64,000 nucleotides of DNA from the human T2T-CHM13v2.0 reference genome, Homo sapiens: the NCBI RefSeq assembly GCF_009914755.1, contig NC_060927.1; one strand, written 5' to 3'. Positions 48,735-60,630 of the stretch are shown here, one piece after another. Each line of letters begins with the position of its first letter. The first letter of the stretch is position 1. The translations under genes were made by a program, and so were the position numbers. Below the pieces are notes generated by a model. That model was not told where the DNA came from. It was given only the letters and a program-made list of their open reading frames with translations, and ran no database searches.

Positions 48735-51700
48735 GGAAAGAAGACACTCCTTAAATGACTTGGTGGGAGCTTTTATTTTATCAATTTCTCTCTGATAAAT
48801 TATACTGGTAGTCATATCTGGTCACGGATAAACTTTATTTCGTTTTTGACTGTCAGGCATGTTGAATTCAAATTGCATGCCAAACCATAACATTTAGGAA
48901 AACATCATATCTCTAGAGTTATAATTGATTTGTGCTAATGATATGTTAGTAGAAAAGAATGACAGTTTGATTTCTTTCATTCAAAGGAAAATCTCTACAG
49001 TAAGGAAGAAAGTATCATGGCTAAAAGTCACTTTTATTTAATCTCAGGTTTTATCAAAATATTTACAGAACACTTTGTCTTTGTCACCTGCTAGTCATTC
49101 AGTATATTTCAATGACGACAGTATTATCTTTGGAATCACAAAAATATGATGTAAAAGAAAACTTTTCTAGAGTAGAGTGAATGCTTAAAAATATAATATA
49201 TATCCAATAAATGAATTACAGTTAGGAATGTTGACATGATTAAGAACGCTTGCATTACTGATAGTGACCTCTGCCCTATTATAACTTTATAGCTAAAAAG
49301 TTTAAGATCTTTCACAGTTTCTCCTTCAGTAATCCTTTTTCCAAACTGAATTTCGAGTGCCTAGTAACTTGTGATTTTTCTAGGAAAAACCCATGGTCTT
49401 TACCTGTTTGTTCTATAGATAACACCCTATAACTTGCTTTTTTCACTTAACAAAAAATAATAGATATATCATTTATATAACAGATATAAGGCATACTATA
49501 CATTATATATAATATAAATGTACATATAAATAAAAATAAATATAAATGTCTGGAAGTGTTCATATCTTAAATGTTTTCTGGCAGGGATGGGGAGAAGAGG
49601 GTTGTATAATCTTCAAATTTTTACTGAATACGTTCCTTTGCCATTATTTTCTGTTACAATAAGAATATATTTTATTGTAAAATAAGTAAAAACAAATTAA
49701 TTAAAAATGGTACGTGATGATAAAAACAGTAGTTCTTAGAAATATTATCAATATTGGAATCAAAACACATAAGACTATTAAACATGTGTATTTAAGTAAA
49801 CTGCACATTATATCCAGAAAATTGAATCTAACTGGTTATCATGCAAATGAAGAAGGTAATCAGTTCAAAAATGACATAGTAACTGATATTGCCTTCCTGT
49901 TCTTATTTCTTATTCATGGAAAACGAGGACAAGATATGAAGGGTTTAGGGATCTAGGTCATTGGCCCGGGATTTGGCATTAATTCTTCTCATACAAGCAC
50001 AGGGAACGATCAATCAGTGTTGACAGCTCTAATGCCATCGTTGGAGCAGAAGATGAGCCAAAGGAAATTATGAGTTTCTTATAAATGTGTCTTAAGTATC
50101 TGGAAATCATACTTTGTATCTTATGGCTTGAATAGAATACGTTTGCTTTTAATGATTTGTACAGTGAGAAGATTAAAATTTCTACCAACATATCCAAAGC
50201 ACTGATACATCTATTAAACTGTTTGCAACAAAAATACCTATACCTTTTTGAATTTGAATAAAAAATCCCATTTAAACAACCACTGGGATGTGATTATGCC
50301 CCAAATCTCTCTGATTATAGTTGGTTTGCTTTATTATATTCCACTTGAAAATTTTGAATTGACAAGAGGGATGTTTCTGTGAACTACAGATTTTAGAGGA
50401 AAATAAGACTAAAGTTTTTTGTATCACTGTTTGGTGTTTAGCATTTTTCAACCAGTAAATTGTCTTTAACCAAAAAATTTGTCTCAGAGAATGGAAAAAG
50501 AAATGTGATGACAAAAAAAATAATGCAAAAAATAAACAGTTATGAAACAGTATAGAGATAAAAAAATCAAAGGTGAGATATCCCAAACCATGAACTATTT
50601 ATCTTAATCATGCAGCCTTTTCATCTCTGAAAGAATCTATTAATGTCATATTCAAATGCTTAATGTTCACTAGCAGTTGATAATTATGATGACCATCCCT
50701 GTCACTACAAGATCCTTAAGTGCCTTTTGATGAGCAAAGAAAAATAAAATCATATTCAAGTACCAACTGTTGGAATTCGTACTTTAAATACAACCTGAGA
50801 AATGGCCTTAGGTTAAGGCTAATGGTGTATAACTTGCTCACATTTCTAAAGAGTATATTTTCTGACAATGATTCCATATAGAAAGTTTACCGCAGATAAT
50901 AGTTTCTTCATATTTGCATCCTGACCTAATTTTTGGTCATTAGGTTACTTTTTATAGGTATCAATATTTTCCAAGTCCTAGAGAAAAATGAGAGTTTTAA
51001 TTTTCTCTTATAACCTAGCTACCAGATGCTATGTGGCAAGGACAGTCTTAGGATGAAATTGTCCAGACAAACAAATATGTATTAGCCATCAAATGTACAC
51101 ATATGCTCATAAGTATGTGTACACATGCACAAGCATGCATTTACACACACAAACGTACACTTCACAGAATTATACCCTGTATTCTGTCAGCTTGATGGAG
51201 TCCCAGCTGTTAAACCTTTGAGGCATTGTGACAGAAATCTGCAAGAAAGCTTCACTAGAGGCAGATGAGATAATATTCTAGCTGCAGGATTCAGCTACAT
51301 TTTCGATTGGAGTCATAGGAAAAAACACTCATTGCAAAAATGAATGAAATCCTAAGCCTGGAGTGCAATGAAATTGTGTTTAGGCTGTGGGGCTCCCTTG
51401 ATTTTTTAATATCCTATTCACTCAAGGATGCTTGTGTCTGAGCAAACATTTCTAGCAAATCCACCAATATATACAACACTACTTGTTTTTTTTTAATGGA
51501 ACATTCTGCTAACATCGACTATAGTGATTAAGCCATACTTACACACTTAACATACTTTACGAAATAAAGATACCTGAAGTACATGTAGTAACCAGTGCTG
51601 CTACATTTGACTAGAGATTTAGAAGAGTTTTGTTTAAGACCTTTTGAATATTGACTGACTATACTTATGGGGTACATTAAAATTCAGTAGCCTCTACATT

Positions 51701-52482
51701 ACCACACAGCCTATGCTAAAGTATTTTAAAGTAAATTTCAGAAAAGTTAATGATTTGTTTTTGTTGACACTTTTAAGAACCACTAAAACCTATGAATATG
51801 GTTGGCCTTAAGTAGACACTGTAAAATGAATGAGGTTGAGAGATATTCATTTAAAGTTCTATTAGCCTTTATGGAATTATTGTGAGAAGCCCAGCAATGT
51901 TCAGCTCAGTGTTTTACATTCAGATCCATATTTACTTTAACGAGTATTTCAGAAAGTTTAATTTCTGAGTTGTCTTTGGATGAATGAGAAAATAAAAGGA
52001 ATTCAGAATTTTATCAACCGTCTATATCTATGCAGATTATATTCTTTTGTGGACATATGTATGAAATTCATTCGTTCATCCAGAAGGATTTATTATGTGT
52101 ATTTCCTATATTCTAGGCAAGCGCAAAAATAATGAATAGGATCTGGCAACTGCCTCATAAAATGTACAGTCTCCTACAAATATGTAGACAAGGCAGGTAC
52201 AAAAAATTGTGAGCCCTTGTTTATTTTAGTTTTATAAGTAATGTGCTCACTACTGATATCCACCTGAACAATTTGATTAACACAAAAAACTGGAGAAGTA
52301 GATTAAAACCATCCAAAACATTGGGAGATATAGATAGACAGCTGATAGATAGATAGATAATCATATAAACATAGATAGTCATATAAACATAGGGAGATTA
52401 TATATATAGATAATATCTATATTATAGAACATATATATGTTATAATAATATGCAATGATATCTATATTATATAATATATATA

Positions 52483-53166
52483 CTAGAATGATAAACACCG
52501 TTATTAGGTGAGCTGAGACAGGAAGGAGGCGCGTTGGTTTGCCTCTCCAGACCTTGATCTGGCTCAGATGGAGCTCCAGTTCCTTGCACTCTAGCACGTG
52601 TAGCCCTCTGCTCAGCACGGCCCCATCCTTATGCGATGCACGACAGAAGCTCGCCCTGCTGGAACTGCTCCTCCAGAAGACTGCTGTTTGGGGCATTCAT
52701 TTTCCTTTCATTATATTTTTTTCTGAATTTGTTCTGGATCGTTTTTTGTTTAAAATCTCTTCCTCCTCAGGAGTCCGCTGGGCCCCCTTCTTGTGGCCCG
52801 GACGGTGCACAGTGGAGCTCGCACTGCTGTTGCCAAGGTGCGCGGCCGGCAGCTCCTCGCCAGGGCCCCGGTGCAGGCCGGCTGGCTGTGGGTCACACGC
52901 AGACAAGATCAGCGACCCTCGTTTTGCGAGTGCAACACTCCCAGCCACAGAAGTTCCCGGGTCCAGCCTCAGAGCCCAGTATTTCCCACGGCCTCCCCAC
53001 ACACACCCCGCGTGGATGCGGCGAGGGCCCGCCTTAGTCCTGGCAGTGCGCACCCCAGCTCAGACTCCCGCTTCTTGTGGCAGCTCCTTCTCTTGCCCCT
53101 GTGCCTTCTGCTGCTTGTGCCAGTTGTCGTGAGAGATGCCCGGTGCTGGGCGCTGGTTGGAAAGAA
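52483..53166 (-). pseudogene. RPS8P6: Processed pseudogene of ribosomal protein S8 (eS8), antisense to CHL1
   Basis: Minus strand begins with the TOP-like CTTTCC, then GGCATCTCTCACGACAACTGGCACAAG (GIS.DNWHK). Track ORFs contain [28 protein letters not shown] and VLECKELE, all RPS8 motifs. Intronless, frameshifted, start and stop codons lost; 3'-UTR remnant AATAACGGTGTTTAT. The P6 number is from memory of the locus. Confidence 0.92.
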
Positions 53167-53182
53167 AAACTTAGGTATATAT

Positions 53183-53633
53183 TTTCTTTTTCTTTCCTTC
53201 CTTCCTTCCTTCCTCCTTCCTTCCTTGCTTTCTCTCTTTTCTTCCTCTTTCTTTCTCTTTCTTTCTTTTCTCTTTCTTTCTTTCTTATTCCTTCTCTCTC
53301 TCTCTCTTTCTTTCTTTTTCTCCTTCCTCTTCCTTCCTTCTTTCCTTCCTTCCTTCCTTTTTTTGAAACGGTCTCACTCTGTTGCCCAGGCAGAATCATA
53401 GCTCACTCTAGCCCGAAACTCTGGGGCTCAAGCAATCCTCCAACCTTGGCCTCCTGAGAAGCTGGGAGTATAGGCACGTACCCTATGCCTTGCTAATTTA
53501 AAAAAAGAAAATCTTTGTAGAGATGGGGCCTCACTATGTTGCCCAAACTGGTCTTGAACTCCTGGCCTTAGGTGATCCTCCAGCCTCAGTTTCTCAAAGT
53601 GCTAGGAATACAAGCATGAGGCACTGCACTTGA
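53183..53633 (-). mobile_element. AluJ with ~180-bp polypyrimidine (CTTT/CCTT) tail
   Basis: TC-rich tract at 53183-53363 followed by a diverged Alu body. Confidence 0.9.
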
Positions 53634-53981
53634 TCCTATGTTTTTCTAATTAGTTTTCTACTTTTAAATGTAACTGTAAGTTGTAATCAAACATTATATA
53701 TATTATCCTTTAAAAAATTCTGAATTTATTGTTATGGTTAAATTTTTATCATTAGTTTCCAGACTCAATGAGAGTCATTTTTCTATTAATGGAAAATAAG
53801 GGACAGACCTTTCAGCTTACCTGGAAGTGCCTCATTTCTTTTTTGAAAATTCCTGCCATGGTACTGATCAATGTTGATATATATGTGAAAAAAATAAAGA
53901 GGAGACAAACAGAGGGGATGGTATTTAATAACAAGAGAATAGTAGAGAAGGAGAGAAGACAGTTTTAAAAATGAGCATTCA

Positions 53982-54205
53982 TGGGTTGGGCACAGTGGCT
54001 AGCACTTTGGGAGGTCGAGGTGGGAGGATCATTTAAGGCCAGGAGTTTGGGAACAGCCTGGACAGCATAGTGAGACCCCTATCTCTATAATTTTTTTTTT
54101 AATTAGCTGCATGTGGTGGCGGATGCCTATAGTATCCCAGCTACTAGAGAGGCTGAGGCAGGATGCTCACTTGAGCCAAGAGTTTAAGACTGAGTGATTT
54201 CACCA
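53982..54205 (+). mobile_element. Diverged, partial AluJ
   Basis: GGGCACAGTGGCT-AGCACTTTGGGAGGTCGAGGTGGGAGGATC... Confidence 0.85.
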
Positions 54206-54404
54206 CTGCTGTTATCAGTCTGCTGTGATTTTAGGTGTCCAAGGTGGGAGTGAGTGATGAAAATCTGAAAAAGAATTAAGAGGATGTTCTCTTTAATTTA
54301 CAAATATATTTTTGAAGTTGATTTTTTGTTATAGCTTAGAAATCTGTCATATATTATTATTGCTTCCTCTCACATATTGCAGTTTTTCTTTCCAGGAAGA
54401 TTTC

Positions 54405-55135
54405 ATTTTTTAGTGTTGTTTTAGGTTCACAGCAAAATTGGGCAGAACGTGCAGAAATTTCTCTCATACTACCGGTTCTGCATATGCACAGCCTCTCCGT
54501 TATCAACACCACCAGCAGTGTGCATTTGTTACAACTGATGAACCTACATTGACATATCAATAACGCCCCAAATCTATAGTTTACATTCGGGTTTCTTTTG
54601 GTGTATACATTCTACGGGTTTTGACAAAGGTATAGTGACACATATCCACAATTGTAGTATCATACAAAGTAGTTTCACTGCCGTAAAAATCCTGTCCTCC
54701 TATTCATTCCCTCTTCTCCCTTAACCCCTCACAACCACTTATCTTTTTACTTTCTCAATAGTTTTGCCTTTTCCAGAGTGTCGTGTAGTTAGAATCAAAC
54801 AGTATCTGGTGTTTTCAAATTGGCCTGTTCACTTAATGTGCCTTTAGGTTTCCTTCACCTCTTTTCATGGCTGATAGCTCATTTCTTTTTACCACTGATA
54901 TTCCATTGTCTGGACACAGTATAGTTTATTTATCCATTTACCTACCAAAGAATATCTTGGTGACTTTCAAATTTTGATAAATATAAATAAAGCTGTTAAA
55001 CATCCATGTACAAGTTTTTTGTGGACATAAGTTTTCAACTCCTTTGGGTAAAAACCAAAGAGTTCAATGGCTGGATCACATGTGAGAGTTTGTTTAGTTT
55101 TGGGGGAAGCCATCAAACTGTACTCCATTGTGACT
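54405..55135 (-). mobile_element. L1MA/MB-type 3' end fragment
   Basis: TTTTAGGTTCACAGCAAAATTG, GATGAACCTACATTGACA, TTTTGCCTTTTCCAGA, TTTTTGTGGACATAAGTTTTCAACTC. Confidence 0.85.
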
Positions 55136-58119
55136 GCTTCAATAGTAATGCATATACTATATCCACAATTTATTGACCACACAACTTTTTTTTTTTTTTT
55201 TTTACCCAGCATACTATAGCATCAGTATCTGTCACAGTGAGGGTTTGCACTTTTCAGGTAGGGCTGTTCTTCCTTGGGCAGGACTGTGCTGAGCCCTGCA
55301 GGTCGTTTATTATCCACGGCTCCTGCCCACTGGATGCAAATAGCACTGCCCAGTCATGTGACAACCCCAGCTGCTCCCACATAATCCAAATATCACCTGG
55401 AGGAGAGATAGCACCTTGGTTGTAATCCAAAAGGCTAGAGGAACACAAACAGGTCTTACCCTCTTATGAGCTGGCCATGTGGGATGCTCCAGGAGTGAAG
55501 CTAGTGGAATGTTTTTAGTGACTGAAAGTCCTTAAGAAATGTGAAAAGTGGTTACCTGGATTTATACATATGTAAAAGTTTGCTGAGCTGTACACTTAAG
55601 TTTTGTGCATTTTAGTACATCTGAGATTTTTATTTAATTTGAAAAATAGTCCCTACAGGAATTTCACAGCTATATAAGTTGTTTTCTGAGAAATAACTCA
55701 GAAAATAACTTAATGTTGGGATTATTCTCCATCCCTGTAGTCAAATGACCATGAATTTCCGTAATTTTCTTTCTTAGTCTCCACTGTGAAACAATTTGAA
55801 TTAGATGTCATTACAGTATACTATTTTTTAAGAATCTTACATGTATAGGTGGGAAAACAAAAACATGTATATACATAAGTTTTTATATAACCTGTATGTA
55901 TATATAGGTTATATTCAATTATATTCCAGTTAGAGTTCAACCACAGTAATTTGCTATTTAAATAAATGATATTATTAATGATATTAGTTTATCCCACATC
56001 ATTATTAACTAAAGCTGACATTTTCCCAATAAAATCAATTTGCTTATAATAACATCGACATTCCTTTGATCTACTGTGTACAAAATGTGCCAGCTCTGCA
56101 GGGATGATGAGTTAACACTCTAAGCAGTTCTTTTGTCGTGTCACTGCGGTGTTATGAGACATGAAAGAGTGTTTGAATGGATATGGCTATAATGCACAGT
56201 GTTTCCTTTGTTTTCAGAGTAAAAGCCATTAACAGTTATTTCAGGATTACTGTGTTTATGACACTTGTAAATTGATTTATGGTATTAGCCAGGCAGGTGA
56301 TTGAACAAAAGCCTTTTAATGTTTGTGTATGTGTTTATCCTTCTCAGCTTCACAATGTTGAGTGATTCAGATCACACTTCAGGCTTATGGAAATTTGCTG
56401 GACCTCCTCCCCATAAGAACTGATTCCAAACCAGGGGAATAGTTTAACCTAGCCTGATAATCACATAAAAAGGAGTTTCATAAAGGGACACTTGAGGTCA
56501 GAGAGAAGTGAAGGTGACATCCACTCCATCATGAAAATGTCAAATGGCTTTATATAAGACATCTTGCTTGATGCAGCTCAGTGATTCTTAAGCCATTTTA
56601 TCATGGAGAGAAAAGAAAATTTAAACATTTCCGAGTTATAGCACTGTCTCAGACTATTATACAAATCCATTGAGTTATTTTTAAAACTATAATTTGGATG
56701 CCAGTGTCATAAAATATCTCTTCCTGCTGGCTATAATAAAAGTTGTTGATCTATTTCAAGCATCCTGAGTAGAAAAATGTTGTTTAATGATTTTGCATGC
56801 ATGAAGTTAATTTCTACCTCTGGAACTCATAGTAGCTGAAACAACTTAATGCTGTTTCTTAGTGAAGAGGAATGTCAACGTAGCATGCTTTTTTTTCCCT
56901 TCTTTTTTGGCTGTGTGCATTCCATGTTGTCAATGAAAATGGCAGATGGACTGTCACTGACATTTCTGCTTTGTGTAGTTGCTGCCATAGAAATGAAAAA
57001 GTTTTTAAAATGGTGACGATAAGAGTCACCTTTTGTTCACTGAATTTGCTGTGTTATATTTTCTTCTTGGAAATTTGACCTAAAACTGTTTGTGAATAAT
57101 TATTCAGAAAAAATGTCAAGGATTTTTAAAAATCACTAAAATAAAATGTGCTATGTCAAACCAGCTGCCTTTCTAAGCTGCTTTTTGCCCATGTATCACA
57201 CTCATCAGATTCTATTTCCCTCTAGGATAAAGTAGAAACCTCTTTTTTTAAATTCCAGCATATAAATTTGAATAATGTTATTTGCAAAAGGGAAAATCGA
57301 AGCATTTACTATTCATTAGAGCCATTAGAGAACCATAGTGCCAAAGGTTTTGTGTAAACATGACATCATGACTGTTAGGTGAAAAAAACAAGTGATTATT
57401 AGGAAATGATTATTATTCAGAGTACATTAACAATAGCCTTGGGTCTTTAAAGTAATTTTAAAATAATTTGTTTTAGTGTTCAGTTTATAATGGTGGAATG
57501 ATCTATAATTGTCCAAAGTGAAAACTTAGTCTTAACCATTTGTATGCATTGTTGCCTTTCTATGCTTTATTATTGGAATTTAAACAGTCTCCAGTGGAAA
57601 CATAATGCAAAGTTGGTGAATTAAGGATCAAAGCATTAAAGAAAAATGAACAGGCATCATGTATACTAACAGCTACCAAGACTTAAATGATGGTGTACTA
57701 TAAAATGGGCTTACATTTTCTTTAGGTGGGCTATAACTTTCAAAACTCTTAAACCAAGAAAGAAAAAGCAATGAGTTACATTAGTTGCTTAAACTAAATA
57801 TGCAGAACATACACACTGATGTTTAAAGAAACCCCACATTTTCTCATCTTGTTCCAATAGAAGAGGTGCAGACAGTATGGTAGCTTTAAGAAAGTCTTTT
57901 TTTCTGTTTGTTTTTTATTTTTATTTTAGATGTATGGCAGCAGGCATTCTCAAGATTTTGTCTACCTTTTGCCTAAAGAATCTCCTTACTGCTGTTGAAA
58001 TATTTTAGGCTGATTTCTGATTTCCAAAGACTGAATAAACATTAAAAATGTTTCCATTAGGAAAATGTTAAAATGCACCCCCAATAGAAAGATTAGCATA
58101 ACCTCCCCCCAATCTTGCA

Positions 58120-58144
58120 CTCTCTCTCTTTCTCTCTCTCTCTC

Positions 58145-58199
<55 letters not shown>
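58120..58199. repeat. (CT)n followed by a pure (TA)~24 microsatellite
   Basis: Directly visible. Confidence 0.97.
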
Positions 58200-58201
<2 letters not shown>

Positions 58202-58254
58202 GCTTCAGCAATATTCATTATTGCATCAATTTGTTTATTCTATCTCTTCTACCT

Positions 58255-58768
58255 AAATTAGCTATTTCTACCTTGAAAACCATCCCAAAACACTGATTCA
58301 ATAAAGGAAACATTTATTATTGTTCCTAAGTCTACTGTTTCTTTGGGAGATTCTGCTGAACTTAGCCAGTCTTGACTGATACTGACCAGCTGGTTCTAGC
58401 ATCTGTGTTCAGCTGACAGGTTAGTAGGGCAGTCTCATCTAGGATGGCTGCCATTTTACGTTTAGTGGCTGGCTGGCTGTTGGCCAGGATGATGGGGATG
58501 ATGGGCAAAATGTCTCTTATCTTCCAACAGGGTAGTGCAGGCTTCTTTTTAAAATAGCTGAGCAGAGTTTTCAGAGACAGAGAGAAAGAGGAAAAAGGTG
58601 CAAGGCTTCTTGAGGCCTAGACTAGAATTCATCCTAGGGTCAAAAGCCTACCAGATTCAAGAAGTGAGGAAATAGCTTCTTAGGAGGAGCTACAAAGTCT
58701 TATTACAGAGAGTGTGACCACAAAGAGGGGAAGAGAATCAGAGAAGATTTTGCAATCAATCTACTACA
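58255..58768. mobile_element. MLT1-type MaLR LTR
   Basis: AACCATCCCAAAAC..CATTTATTATT; GCAAGGCTTCTTGAGGCCTAG; CCAGATTCAAG; TTTTGCAATCAATCTACTACA. Confidence 0.75.
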
Positions 58769-59584
58769 CTCTCACACTTTTGGGGAGAGTATTTTATATC
58801 AATCAATATCATTTCACCACTATATACTTTAGAGAATTTGCCTTTATTTTGTAAGTTGTTATGATTTTGTAACTCTAATAGCATCCACAAAGTTAACCAT
58901 GCTCCTTGGATCAGAATATTAGTAGGAGGGACTATATCCTCATTGCCACTATCAACACAATGATCATCACTTTCACTAGTATTAGCAAATTTTATTTATT
59001 TTTCTCTGCTAATGACACATTACCTCACTTAAATCTCATAAGTGTGCTATACAGCAGCAACTATCACCCCAGTTTGTACAGCTGAGTGAGCAGGCTGGGT
59101 AAACTGCCCACAGCCATCTAGCAATGGTGGCTTTGAACCCAGGTCATACTAACTTTCCCATGGTCTCATCACTGCACATCACTTTGTCATGTGACCAGTC
59201 AGGAGGCCACAGTAGCTTTGCACTTACTTGGGAGGCCAAGTAGAATGGACAAAGACTTAGCCATCTCTCTCCTCCATTTCTCAAGGAATAATATGAATTT
59301 AAATTAAGGGAGCAAGTTGTTTCTAGATTTGCCACCATGGAGCACTTTTAAAAACATCAAGGGGATCTATGTGGTCACTTTATAATACTCATGATGTGTA
59401 TGTTAGAGGCTTCTGTTTTGAAGAGGCAAAGAATTTTATTTCCTTTTTGTTGTGTTGGAAGTTGCCCTAGGAGGTACGCACGCTTGTCCATGTTAAACTA
59501 ATGTCTTGAAATCAGTGTATTCTTAATTCTTATCCCACTAGTCGTACTGGAGAACCTGAGGGAGTCAGGAAGGTTCCATTGCAT

Positions 59585-60177
59585 TGAAGCGACTGCATTG
59601 TCTGGGGTAAATACCTGGGGTTCATTGTCTCATGTCAAGAAAATTTAGAACATGGACACATATGAGGAGTTTAGAAGCAGAGGTTTAATAGGCAAAAGAA
59701 AGAGAAAGAAAGATAAAGGAAAACAACTCTCTCTCTAGTGAGAGAGAGGGGCTTCCCAGAGGAAAAGGCTGGCCTGCTGCGGATGCACTATATTTTATAG
59801 ACAGGCTTGAGGAGGTGGTGTCTGATTTATGCAGGGCCCACAGATTGGTTCGATCAGGTGTGACGTTTACATAGTGTGCAGAAAAGGCTTGCCACCCTAC
59901 TCTTATTACCCTAATCTTATGTGAATGGGCTTTCCAGTTGACCGGTGCCATCTTGTCTGCTCCTTACTGTACATGTGGCTGGGAAGGGAAGATGGAGCCA
60001 CCATTTTTGAACATGATTGGCACAACTGCCAGGGTCTATGTCTGCAGCTCTATTTTACAGGTTGCTCTTTGTTAGAAAATAATTTGGGGGCTGCATTTCA
60101 TTGAAAAGGAAAACCTTACCGAGGACTCTAGTACCCTCACTATCTGCCTAAGTAATTTCTTCTTAACTCCTATGTCA
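59585..60177 (-). mobile_element. ERV1 solo LTR, MER61-like
   Basis: Minus strand begins TGACATAGGAGTTAAGAAGAAATTACTTAGGCAGATAGTGAGGGTAC; ATTAAA poly(A) signal; ends TCA. Confidence 0.7.
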
Positions 60178-60202
60178 GTAAGATGTGACAGTAAGATATG
60201 TA

Positions 60203-60270
60203 TTATGTTGGTGCAAAAGTTATTGTGGCTTTTGATGGCAAAAACCACAATAACTTTTGCACCAAGCTAA
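60203..60270. mobile_element. MADE1 (Hsmar1-derived MITE), internally shortened hairpin
   Basis: TTGGTGCAAAAGTTATTGTGG ... CCACAATAACTTTTGCACCAA, a perfect 21-bp inverted repeat matching mariner TIRs. Confidence 0.92.
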
Positions 60271-60469
60271 ATTTTTCTTTTGAAGTGGTTGGCAGGGATG
60301 TTTTTTTTCCTAAGGATGAGCTACGATCGTAGGAATTAAAATTTAACCCAGTTTACCCAGATTCATAAAAATTAATAGATTTCTTTGTGGATCTGAGTTG
60401 ATATCATTAATATAAGCTATCAGACATCAGCTTCATGTGACTTAACTTCAAAAATATTTTAGTAAGAGT

Positions 60470-60630
60470 ATGACTGGAATGTTTATAACACAAAGAAATG
60501 ATAAATGCTTCAGGTGATGGATACCCCAATTACCCTGATGTAATTATTCCACATTGTATGCCTGTATCAAAACATCTCATGTACCCTATAAATACTAGAT
60601 ACTCATAGAAAGTAAAAATTTTAAAAAAAT
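60470..60630 (+). mobile_element. L1MA-type extreme 3' fragment
   Basis: CACAAAGAAATGATAAATGCTT.AGGTGATGGATACCCCAATTACCCTGAT. Confidence 0.8.

Noticed and set aside
51094-51123. Short hairpin TGTACACATA...TATGTGTACA
   Set aside because: Lies in a low-complexity alternating purine-pyrimidine tract where such stems arise readily.
52539-53457. Cluster of long + strand ORFs (197, 133, 202, 126 aa)
   Set aside because: These are antisense frames of the GC-rich RPS8 pseudogene plus a low-complexity CT tract; few stops are expected from the composition.
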